A stretch of DNA of 64,000 nt. It comes from a bacterium (GTDB lineage Bacteria > Krumholzibacteriota > Krumholzibacteriia > JACNKJ01). The position numbers were made by a program, and so were the translations under genes. The notes under the pieces are model-generated. The model was given only the letters and a program-made list of their open reading frames with translations, did no database searches and was not told where the DNA came from. How positions within the stretch are numbered: position 1 is the first letter of the stretch; each line of letters begins with the position of its first letter. Positions 48,907-57,284 of the stretch are shown in pieces. Location: NCBI GenBank assembly GCA_024231955.1, contig JAAEPZ010000538.1, positions 435,340 to 499,339 of the forward strand. The letters are read 5' to 3'.

Positions 48907-49368
48907 TCAGTAGAGGGCCTTGAGTGTGCTCCAGACGATGCTCTCCTCGGAACCCTCCGGAATCCCCGTGACCCATCCGCCGCAATCGCTCTGCGCCACG
49001 GTGATGAGAGGGCGGAAGTCGATGACCTCATCGATAGTGAACTGGAACTCGGCGATCGGCACTCCAACCAGATCGAACAAGACCAGCGTGTAGTCTCCCG
49101 CCTCGGGGACGTCGAACTCGAATTCCAGATCGAACCTGCATATACAATACGCTGCCCACTCAGCCAGATCGATCTCGTAGGCGGCGATCGCCGTGCAGAA
49201 GAACTGGACCTCAAGATCAACCTCGGCGGCGCAGTGATATTGGGCGTTACTGTGATGCAGGGTGACTGTGTTGCCGGTTATATCCAGCCAGATCTCATCA
49301 GCCAGTCCGTTGCCTGCACCGAGGAGCGAAAGAGTCAGGATGAGAGTGATCAGGAGCAATCTGTTCAT
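48907..49368 (-). CDS. Small secreted protein (153 aa) ending in the conserved tail ...VWSTLKALY
   Basis: ATG 49366-49368 with GGAGG RBS. SPase-I-type signal peptide MNRLLLITLILTLSLLGAGNGLA. Acidic, beta-strand-patterned body with 5 Cys. The C-terminal octapeptide is shared with three other proteins in this window. Confidence 0.6.
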   Translation of the reverse strand: MNRLLLITLILTLSLLGAGNGLADEIWLDITGNTVTLHHSNAQYHCAAEVDLEVQFFCTAIAAYEIDLAEWAAYCICRFDLEFEFDVPEAGDYTLVLFDLVGVPIAEFQFTIDEVIDFRPLITVAQSDCGGWVTGIPEGSEESIVWSTLKALY

Positions 49369-49508
49369 GGGTTTACCTCCCTTTTCCGTTGAAGTCGAAT
49401 AGGTTGGTTCGCTGATGATACGATATTCAGTTTCATGAATGCAACATCTTGTGTCGGAAATTGGGCCGCCGGTAATTGCGACGGTGGGAGTGCACACTCA
49501 GTTGCCGC

Positions 49509-50310
49509 TTGAATATAATTCAGTACAGGCTCCTGATGCCGCTCCAGGTATTGCTCTCGGTGGGAACGATTATGACGGTGTTCAGGGTCACATTGCATCC
49601 AACCACTTCAAAGGCTTCGTACTCATCATCCACAAGTTGGAGCATACCGGAGTCTTGAGCTTCCTGGACGGCAATACACAGATTGTCAAAGAGATACCCG
49701 CCGAAATCCGTCAGGTCGACCGTGCCCAGCAGCACGACGGGTCCCGGTTGAACCGATGACCAGGCGAGTGTAATACCGGAATTGATATCACCTATAAACA
49801 AGTCGGTTGTCCACGTTACGTTCATTGAGCCGAGAGGAGCTCCCCCCAGGTCTACAGGCATATCGGGAATGCTGAATTCCGCTGCGGTTATGGCATCGAG
49901 ATCGTAATTATCCAGCCACGCTAAAATGAAAAGCTGGCGCGGTTGATTAAGAACAACTTCGACTATATGCGGGGGAGTGCAGTCACCATCGGTAGCAACC
50001 GGAATCATATCACCAGATATCCCGATGAAACTGGTGGATTGGGCCTGCACAGCTCCGCAGGCAGCGAACAGCAGGAGTGCGGCGATAACAAATACTAATT
50101 TTCGCATAGGGAGCTCCTTATGTCGTCAAGATAGTGTCCGGCGGCAGATCTCGTCATGTCGGTCAAAATAGATGATCTCCCGCCAGGTGGTACGGGCGGT
50201 TATATGAAATCCAATTGTATGAGTGTTCATCCATAAGATGAACATTGTAATTATAATTGGGGAAGGTATGAATGTCGAGTGAAATAGAGCTTATTAGGGA
50301 AAGTCCCCAT
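49509..50310. repeat. Copy 1 of a ~0.8-kb duplicated unit (gene A plus ~200 bp of 5' region)
   Basis: Long near-identical stretches shared with 52938..53720. Examples: ttgaatataattcagtacaggctc, ttgtcaaagagatacccgccgaaatccgtcag, and the upstream block catagggagctccttatgtcgtcaagatagtgtccggcggcagatctcgtcatgtcggtcaaaatagatgatctcccg. Confidence 0.6.
49520..50107 (-). CDS. Secreted (possibly lipo-)protein paralog A (195 aa) ending ...TWSGIRSLY
   Basis: AAGGAG RBS. Signal peptide MRKLVFVIAALLLFAACGAVQA. Paralog of 52949..53521 (conserved blocks AEFSIPDMP.DLGGAPLGSM.VTW, QPGPVVLLGTV.LTDFGGYLFDNL, SNTWSGI(K/R)SLY). More AT-rich than its surroundings. Confidence 0.65.
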   Translation of the reverse strand: MRKLVFVIAALLLFAACGAVQAQSTSFIGISGDMIPVATDGDCTPPHIVEVVLNQPRQLFILAWLDNYDLDAITAAEFSIPDMPVDLGGAPLGSMNVTWTTDLFIGDINSGITLAWSSVQPGPVVLLGTVDLTDFGGYLFDNLCIAVQEAQDSGMLQLVDDEYEAFEVVGCNVTLNTVIIVPTESNTWSGIRSLY

Positions 50311-50324
50311 CCAACAGAGGGTTC

Positions 50325-51551
50325 CTACAGCAACTCCGTTATCTCGTCGCTCGTATCGGAGTCGATCCGAATCGGTTTCCCCGCCTCTATCTCAACCGTC
50401 TCCACACCCTCGACGCAGGCATTGATCAGATGTTCCCATTCGAAACGGGACTCGTACTCGTCGCACTTCTCGGGTCTGGGGGCCGTGGCGGGGCTCTTGG
50501 GTACGAAGATCGTGCAGCAATCCTCGTAGGGACGGATCGAGATGTCGTGCGTCCCTATCCGGCGCGCTATATCGATGATCTCGGTCTTGTCCATGCAGGC
50601 GACCGGACGGATCACCGGCATGGTGGTGACGCAGTTGATCGACAGCATGCTCATCGGCGTTTGCGACGCCACCTGGCCGAGGCTTTCGCCGTTGGCCAGA
50701 AGCGCGCAGCCGATCCTCTCCGCGACCCTGGCGGTCACGCGGTACATCATGCGCCGCATCACCGTCATCCCGTAGCTCTCCGGAACCTGTTCGAAGATCG
50801 CCCTCTGCAGATCCGTGAAGGGGACGATGTGCACCGCAAACTTTCCCGAGGGCAGGTAGTGGGCCAGCTTCTCCGCCAGGTCGAACACCTTCTGCCGGGC
50901 GCGCGGCGACGTGTAGGGGGGGGAATCGAAGTGCAGACCGTCCACCGCCAGACCCCGCTTCATCATCAGGTAGCCCGCCACCGGAGAATCGAGCCCGCCC
51001 GAGAGCATCAGCAGCGAGGTGCCGTTGACTCCGATGGGCAGCCCCCCCTGCCCCGGAATCACCCGGGAGACGATGCGGGTTCTCCCCCTCTGGATATGGA
51101 GCGTGATCTTCAGATCGGGATTTTCGAGATCGACCGCGACGGCGGAGTGCTCGGCCACGTAGCGCCCGACGATGTTGGCCACCTCAGGGGAGCTTGGGCG
51201 GAACCCCTTGTCCGACCTCTTGGCGACCACCTTGATGCTCCGGCCACACCCCTCCAGCTCCCGGGCCACCTCGAGCGTAGCGCTCTTGATCGCCTCGATC
51301 TCGCTTGCGCAGGCGGAATAGAACCGATAGCTCTGAATGCCGAAGACGAAATCGAGCTGCTCGATCACCAGCGTGGGATCGGTGTCGTGCAGTTCGATGT
51401 CGATATTGGCGGGGCCCTTGACGAAGGTCAACCGATCCAGCCCCGCGAGTCTCCGTTTCACCGCGTGGAGGATCGAGTTGGTGAAGCGGTGCCTGTTTCT
51501 CCCCTTGAGGAAGGCCTCGCCGAAGGTCGCGATTATGCCGTCGTATTTCAT
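50325..51551 (-). CDS. thiI: tRNA 4-thiouridine(8) synthase / tRNA sulfurtransferase ThiI
   Basis: THUMP domain N-terminus and PP-loop SGGLDSPVAGYL. Length 408 aa. Confidence 0.85.
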   Translation of the reverse strand: MKYDGIIATFGEAFLKGRNRHRFTNSILHAVKRRLAGLDRLTFVKGPANIDIELHDTDPTLVIEQLDFVFGIQSYRFYSACASEIEAIKSATLEVARELEGCGRSIKVVAKRSDKGFRPSSPEVANIVGRYVAEHSAVAVDLENPDLKITLHIQRGRTRIVSRVIPGQGGLPIGVNGTSLLMLSGGLDSPVAGYLMMKRGLAVDGLHFDSPPYTSPRARQKVFDLAEKLAHYLPSGKFAVHIVPFTDLQRAIFEQVPESYGMTVMRRMMYRVTARVAERIGCALLANGESLGQVASQTPMSMLSINCVTTMPVIRPVACMDKTEIIDIARRIGTHDISIRPYEDCCTIFVPKSPATAPRPEKCDEYESRFEWEHLINACVEGVETVEIEAGKPIRIDSDTSDEITELL

Positions 51552-51559
51552 TCCATGTC

Positions 51560-52684
51560 CTATCGGAGCTTGCTGATCGTCGCGTTGAAAATATCCAGGA
51601 AACGTCGAATCTCCTCGCTCGTGGTCCGATGCGAGAGTGAGATCCTGATAGTCTGACCCGCCCGCTCCCGGTCACCGGTGAGGGCCAGGATCGCCGGCGA
51701 GATCATGGCCTTTCTGGATGAGCAGGCGGACACGGTGGCGATGTAAACCTCCTCGGCCGAGAGCCCCTGCAGCATGGTCTCCGGTTTGATGCCGACAAGC
51801 GAGTAGTTCAGGATAAACGGGGAGGCCGACTCCGGCGAGTTGCAGACGATGTCGGGGATGTCGCCAATTCCCGTCCGGAGCATTCGGTTGAGGGTCTTTG
51901 CCCGCTCCAGCTTGCTCTCCAGATCCTCCGTGGCCAGACGCAGCGCTTTGGCGAAGGCCGCCGCCCGCGGCACATCGGCCGTGCCCGAACGCAGTTCGAA
52001 CTCCTGCCCCCCGCCGTGAAGTTGCGGCGAGAGTTGCTGCCGTTCCCGCAGGAGAAGCGCACCACTGCCCTTCAGGCCGAAGAACTTGTGCGCCGACAGG
52101 GAGAGAAGATCCACCGGCGTTTCCGCCAGGGAGAACGGCAGCTTGCCTACGCCCTGCACTCCGTCGACATGGAAGAGGGCCCGGTGATTCGCGAGTCGCC
52201 GGGAGATCTCGCCGATGGGATTGACGGCGCCCGATTCGTTGTTCACGAACATGATGGACACCAGAATCGTGTCGGCGGTCAGGGCTTCCTCCACCTGATC
52301 GGGCGTGACCGCTCCGTCGGGACCGACCGGCAATCGGGTCACCACGAAACCCTGCGCCTCCAGCCACACCATCACCTGCTCCACCGACGGATGCTCGCTG
52401 TTGGTGGTCAGGATATGGTTCCCGCGAGCTTTGTAGAATTCGGGGATCCCCTTCAGGGCCAGGTTGTTGCTCTCGGTGGCGCCGGAGGTGAACAGGGTCC
52501 GGTATCCGCTCCCGCCCAGCACCTCCGCCACCTGGGCGCGAGCTTGCGCCAACAGCTGCTCCGCCCGCTCCCCGGGACGATGCAGCGAGTGCGGATTGGC
52601 CCAGAAGGTCGCGTAGACGTCGTTGAAGGTCTCGAGCACCAGCGGGTCGGGCGGCGTGGTGGCGGCGTTGTCCAGATAGATCAT
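51560..52684 (-). CDS. Cysteine desulfurase (NifS/IscS-like class V aminotransferase)
   Basis: MIYLDNAATTPP start, PLP-lysine motif SLSAHKFFGLKGSGAL, and active-site loop ...SACSS. The alternative upstream start at 52744 adds 20 aa. Its stop lies 8 nt before the thiI start. Confidence 0.8.
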   Translation of the reverse strand: MIYLDNAATTPPDPLVLETFNDVYATFWANPHSLHRPGERAEQLLAQARAQVAEVLGGSGYRTLFTSGATESNNLALKGIPEFYKARGNHILTTNSEHPSVEQVMVWLEAQGFVVTRLPVGPDGAVTPDQVEEALTADTILVSIMFVNNESGAVNPIGEISRRLANHRALFHVDGVQGVGKLPFSLAETPVDLLSLSAHKFFGLKGSGALLLRERQQLSPQLHGGGQEFELRSGTADVPRAAAFAKALRLATEDLESKLERAKTLNRMLRTGIGDIPDIVCNSPESASPFILNYSLVGIKPETMLQGLSAEEVYIATVSACSSRKAMISPAILALTGDRERAGQTIRISLSHRTTSEEIRRFLDIFNATISKLR

Positions 52685-52937
52685 GAGCGGTTCCAGGTTC
52701 GACCTGCTTGAATGAAGGTTCGGTTCGGCGAGCCGGGAAACCATCCGGATCCTGCTCCCCGAATCGATCCCAGTGTAGCACAGCTCAGTAATTGATGACG
52801 CTTGAACTTCACTGCTTTGACCGAATCGTCTTGAGCTATCCGGCCTCTACCAGGGTACCTCCGGGTGATCCGTCCCCTGCTCGATTGGGCACAAGAATGG
52901 GGAACCCATCGGCTCCCCATTTTCAACTCATATAAGT

Positions 52938-53720
52938 TTGAATATAATTCAGTACAGGCTCTTGATGCCGCTCCAGGTATTGCTCTCGGACGGAACGAAT
53001 ATGACGGTGTTCAGGATCACATCGAAGCCGTACGCATCATGGTATTCGTACTCATCATCTACAATGCCAAGGTTACCGGTTATTGGATGGGGCTGGAAGG
53101 TGATAAGCAGATTGTCAAAGAGATACCCGCCGAAATCCGTCAGTTCGACCGTGCCCAGCAGCACGACGGGTCCCGGTTGTGGCGACTGCCAGGCTAGTGA
53201 AATACTGAAACCGGTCTCAACTATTACCAGGTCGGTTGCCCACGTTACGCTCATTGAGCCGAGAGGAGCTCCCCCCAGGTCTTCAGGCATATCGGGAATG
53301 CTGAATTCAGCACCTGTCAAGGCATCGATCGCATACATGTCCAGAATCGCCAAGATATATATCTGACGCGGTTGATTGAGATCAACTTCGACGATATTCG
53401 GGTAGTGCCATTCGGGGATGGGGTCACCAAACATACCGATATAATTCTCGTACTGGGCTTGCACAGCTCCGCAGGAAGCGAACAGCAGCAGTGCAGCGAT
53501 AACAATTACCAGTTTACGCATAGGGAGCTCCTTATGTCGTCAAGATAGTGTCCGGCGGCAGATCTCGTCATGTCGGTCAAAATAGATGATCTCCCGACAG
53601 ATGGTACGGGCGGTTATGCAAAATCCAATTACATGAGTGTTCATCATAAGGTGAACAATATAATTATGACATAGGGGGGTGGGGATGTCGAGTGAAACAA
53701 TGCTTATTGGGACTTGAAAC
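52938..53720. repeat. Copy 2 of the ~0.8-kb duplicated unit (gene B plus ~200 bp of 5' region)
   Basis: See copy 1. The upstream blocks of the two copies match over ~80 consecutive nt with only a few substitutions. Confidence 0.6.
52949..53521 (-). CDS. Secreted (possibly lipo-)protein paralog B (190 aa) ending ...TWSGIKSLY
   Basis: Signal peptide MRKLVIVIAALLLFASCGAVQA, with the same RBS context as paralog A. Second copy of the duplicated unit. Confidence 0.65.
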   Translation of the reverse strand: MRKLVIVIAALLLFASCGAVQAQYENYIGMFGDPIPEWHYPNIVEVDLNQPRQIYILAILDMYAIDALTGAEFSIPDMPEDLGGAPLGSMSVTWATDLVIVETGFSISLAWQSPQPGPVVLLGTVELTDFGGYLFDNLLITFQPHPITGNLGIVDDEYEYHDAYGFDVILNTVIFVPSESNTWSGIKSLY

Positions 53721-54171
53721 CGTCTGGTGGATTCCCTCCATCATACAGAATCTCAGGAGGCCAATTCCGTAGCAATGGAATCGCAGCAACCTGCCGCCGT
53801 CCCGCATACGGCGGCGAGTGTCTCCCGGATCGCAATCATTTGTCTGGGGTGAGATGTACTCGAATGAGTGAAAACGGCTGCCGGCCAATAGCGTAGGTCG
53901 GGCTGGATACAAAAAGAGCGGGGAGCTCCGCGCAACAGCGGATTGAAGGAAAGCAGACCCAGAGCCAAGTGACCCATCCCTGAGGAACCAAAGTCTCGGA
54001 ACCTTTCGATTCCCATCCCATGTCCGGAGTCACTCAGGCCTTCCTCTTACCGCCTGTGTTGTGCTCGACTCCCCGCTTGGAGAGCGGGACCTTCCCGCTT
54101 AAATGATACTCATCTTACCTGCAAGTGGAGTATAGACCCATTTCCGGGACAGTCAATTTTGCCGGCGGGAT

Positions 54172-54198
54172 ATAAAAAACCCCGGTCCGGGACCGGGG
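54172..54198 (-). terminator. Rho-independent terminator of the fad operon (minus strand)
   Basis: On the minus strand CCCCGGTCC-g-GGACCGGGG followed by TTTTTTAT, 40 nt after the acyl-CoA dehydrogenase stop. Confidence 0.6.
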
Positions 54199-54238
54199 TG
54201 CAGTGTCGAATCGAGCGGACGAATAGGGACCTGATCGC

Positions 54239-56047
54239 CTAAAGTGGCCAGATTTCCCTGTCGACAAGCATGTCCGCCACCTTGCGCCGCAGCGCCACCG
54301 TGTTGATCGGCGTATGCTTGACGACTCGCCTCAAACCGGCCAGCGATGTGGTCAGCATGTCACCTTCACAAACGGCCGCCAGTGTTTCGCGCCCTCTGAT
54401 TTCGAGTCTGTTCATCGCGTCGTTGCAGTAGATGCGCGTCAGGTCTCCGGCCATCTCGGCCGCGACGGCATCATCGCGCTGCTGCAGTTTCAACGCACGC
54501 AGCACGGAGGACTCCATGGCGTAGACATCCATGATCATGTCCGAGAGCAGCGCGATCACCTCTTCATGATCCATGGGCGCCTTCAACTTTTCACCCATCT
54601 CCTGGGCGACCGTCCCGAGCGCCAGAAGCACGGTCTTCTTGGCCTGCGCGATGAACTTCTGCTCCGGCGCCAGGAAGCCGTCTCCGGCTTCACCGGTGTC
54701 CAGCGCAGGTGGGCTGGTCAGTTCATCCACAACCTCCTTGGCCCTGGCAAAGATCGGCAACTGGTTCTTGGCGGCCTTCTTGAGGACATCACCCGAGATG
54801 ATGAACCGGTTGATCTCGTTGGTGCCCTCGAAAATGCGGTTGATGCGGCTGTCGCGGTAGAAACGCTCGGCCGGATATTCCTGCGTGTAGCCGTAACCAC
54901 CGTGGATCTGCACACATTCGTCGGCGCAGTAATCCAGGGCTTCCGAGCAGAACACCTTCATCATGGAGCATTCGGTCATGTATTCGCGGATACCCACATC
55001 GATCATCTTGTTGTCGTAGGCCTCATCGCTCTTGTCGAGGCGGCCGATGTTCCGATCGATATAGCCTGCGGTGCGATAGACCATGCTCCTGCCGGCATAC
55101 ACTCTTGCCGCCCCCTCGGCGATCTTGTGTTTGATCATGCCGAAGTCGGTGATGGGACGCTTGAACTGCTGCCGGCCCTTCCCGTATTTCACGGATTCCA
55201 TCACGCACAACTCGGCGGCGCCGACAGCCCCCGCGCCCAGCTTGAAGCGGCCGACGTTGAGAATGTTGAACGCGATGGCCGCGCCGCGGCCGATCCTGCC
55301 CAGCAGATTCTCGACCGGCACCTTGACGTCCTCCATGATCAGCGTGCGGGTCGAGGAGCCCTTGATCCCCAGCTTCTTCTCTTCGGGACCGACGCTGAGT
55401 CCCTCCATATCCTTGTCCATGATGAAGGTGGTGAACTTGTCGCCGTCCACCTGCGCGAAGACGATGAAGATGTCGGCAAAGCCGGCGTTGGTGATGAACA
55501 TCTTCTCGCCGTTGAGCACGTAGTGGGTGCCATCCTCGCTGAGGATCGCCTTGGCTCGAGCCGCGACGGCATCGCTGCCGCTGCCGGCTTCGGTCAATGC
55601 GTAGGCGCCGAGCCATTCACCCATCGCCAGCTTGGGCAGATATTTCTCTTTTTGCTCAGGTGTGCCGAAATACACGATCGGCAACGTGCCGATACCGGTG
55701 TGGGCGCCATGCCCCACCTGGAAAGAGCCGCTTGCGCCCAGCTTCTCGGCGACCAGCATGCCCACCGCTTTGGAGAGAGCCATGCCGCCGTACTGCTCGG
55801 GGACATCGACGGCCAACAGCCCCTGCATGCCCGCCTCTTTGAGGAGGCCGGGCATGACGCCATCCTCCAGAGCCTCCAGGCCGTCCAGCTTCGGGAGTAC
55901 GGAACCCTCGACGAATTTCAGAACCAGGTCGCCGATCATCTTCTCTTCCTGGGAGAACTCTTCGGGGATGAACACCATATCCAGCGGATGCTCCTCCACC
56001 AGGAAGCTGCACCCACGGATCAAATCGCTGTTGTTGCCCTCTGCCAT
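54239..56047 (-). CDS. fadE: Acyl-CoA dehydrogenase (long FadE-type, ~600 aa)
   Basis: ACAD N, middle and C domains (GSGSDAVAARAKA, YGGYGYTQEYPAERFYRDSRINRIFEGTNEI) plus a C-terminal extension. AAGGAAAA RBS. Confidence 0.8.
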   Translation of the reverse strand: MAEGNNSDLIRGCSFLVEEHPLDMVFIPEEFSQEEKMIGDLVLKFVEGSVLPKLDGLEALEDGVMPGLLKEAGMQGLLAVDVPEQYGGMALSKAVGMLVAEKLGASGSFQVGHGAHTGIGTLPIVYFGTPEQKEKYLPKLAMGEWLGAYALTEAGSGSDAVAARAKAILSEDGTHYVLNGEKMFITNAGFADIFIVFAQVDGDKFTTFIMDKDMEGLSVGPEEKKLGIKGSSTRTLIMEDVKVPVENLLGRIGRGAAIAFNILNVGRFKLGAGAVGAAELCVMESVKYGKGRQQFKRPITDFGMIKHKIAEGAARVYAGRSMVYRTAGYIDRNIGRLDKSDEAYDNKMIDVGIREYMTECSMMKVFCSEALDYCADECVQIHGGYGYTQEYPAERFYRDSRINRIFEGTNEINRFIISGDVLKKAAKNQLPIFARAKEVVDELTSPPALDTGEAGDGFLAPEQKFIAQAKKTVLLALGTVAQEMGEKLKAPMDHEEVIALLSDMIMDVYAMESSVLRALKLQQRDDAVAAEMAGDLTRIYCNDAMNRLEIRGRETLAAVCEGDMLTTSLAGLRRVVKHTPINTVALRRKVADMLVDREIWPL

Positions 56048-56059
56048 TTCTTTTCCTTT

Positions 56060-57247
56060 CTAGGATTCTGCTCTTGTGAAAATCCCTGCGGCACCCATGC
56101 CGCCACCGATACACATGGTAACCATGGCGTTTTTCCCTTTGCGCCGGTTCAATTCGTGAATAACCTGCACCGTCAATTTGGCGCCTGTACAACCCAGGGG
56201 ATGTCCCAGCGCGATTGCGCCACCGTTGACGTTGACCTTTTCGGTATCCAGACCCAGCGTACGGATAACCGCAAGGCTCTGGGATGCGAAAGCCTCATTC
56301 AGTTCGACAAGATCAATGTCGTCCAGATGCAAACCGGCTCGGTTCAGCGCAAGCGGCACGGATTTGATCGGACCCAGCCCCATCAGTTCCGGTGCGACGC
56401 CCATCGTTGCATATGTCACGTAGCGAGCCAAGGGCTTTAACCCGTGTTTCCTGGCAAAATCCGCCGAAGTGACGATCACTCCCGCCGCGCCGTCACTCAT
56501 CTGACTGGTGTTCCCCGCCGTCACCGAACCGCCCGTTTTGAATGCGGGCCTCAATTTGGCCAATGCCGCCGGTGTTGTTTCCGGGCGCGGGCCCTCGTCC
56601 TGCTCGAAGAGTATCTCCCGGCTGTTCGTCCGGGTCAGTTTCCCCGCCGGCGACACCTGCCGCACCTGCAGGGGCGTGATCTCCTCAGCGAACAGTCCGT
56701 TCGCCTGCGCCGTCAACGCCCGGCTATGACTGGTGCAGGCGAAGAGGTCCTGATCCTCACGGCTGATCCCCTCCTGCTCGGCCACCCGCTCCGCGGTCAG
56801 TCCCATGTTCATGTAGATCTCGGGGTACTCCGCCGTCAGTGTGGGGTTGGGCATGATCTTGCCGCCCCCCATGGGGATCAGACTCATGGATTCCACACCC
56901 CCGGCAATCACGCAATCGGCGGCACCGCATGCTATCTTCAGCGCGGCGATGTGAATCGCCTCCAGCCCGCTGGCACAGAATCGGTTGAGGGTCATGGCCG
57001 ACACCGCTTCAGGCAGACCAGCCAGCAGTACGACCTGTCGCGCCATGTTCATACCCTGCTCCCCCTCGGGGAAAGCGCAACCCAACACGAGATCGTCGAT
57101 GAGATCGGGCGTCAACCCGGGCGCCCGTTTCAGCAAGCCCCGCACGACTGTAGCCGCCATGTCGTCGGGACGCGTATCCGCCAGAGTCCCCTTGAGCGCC
57201 CGCCCGACCGCCGTGCGTGTCGCCGCAATGATCACTGCTTCCTGCAT
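56060..57247 (-). CDS. fadA: Acetyl-CoA C-acyltransferase (3-ketoacyl-CoA thiolase)
   Basis: [15 protein letters not shown]. Active-site Cys in NRFCASGL. C-terminal [20 protein letters not shown]. Confidence 0.9.
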   Translation of the reverse strand: MQEAVIIAATRTAVGRALKGTLADTRPDDMAATVVRGLLKRAPGLTPDLIDDLVLGCAFPEGEQGMNMARQVVLLAGLPEAVSAMTLNRFCASGLEAIHIAALKIACGAADCVIAGGVESMSLIPMGGGKIMPNPTLTAEYPEIYMNMGLTAERVAEQEGISREDQDLFACTSHSRALTAQANGLFAEEITPLQVRQVSPAGKLTRTNSREILFEQDEGPRPETTPAALAKLRPAFKTGGSVTAGNTSQMSDGAAGVIVTSADFARKHGLKPLARYVTYATMGVAPELMGLGPIKSVPLALNRAGLHLDDIDLVELNEAFASQSLAVIRTLGLDTEKVNVNGGAIALGHPLGCTGAKLTVQVIHELNRRKGKNAMVTMCIGGGMGAAGIFTRAES

Positions 57248-57284
57248 CGTCTCATCTCCCTGTTGGTGAGTCGGTTGATCGGCG

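Noticed and set aside
51672-52781. 369-aa minus-strand ORF overlapping nifS in another frame
   Set aside because: Arg/Pro/Gly-rich translation without motifs. The 51560..52684 frame carries the PLP-lysine motif SAHKFFGLKG.
53721-54170. Possible tmRNA, RNase P RNA or SRP RNA
   Set aside because: I looked for the conserved RNase P P4 blocks (GGAAAGTCCGG, ACAGAACCCGGCTTA), the SRP domain IV motif and a tmRNA tRNA-like 3' end with a tag ORF. None is present on either strand. The region stays unexplained rather than assigned.
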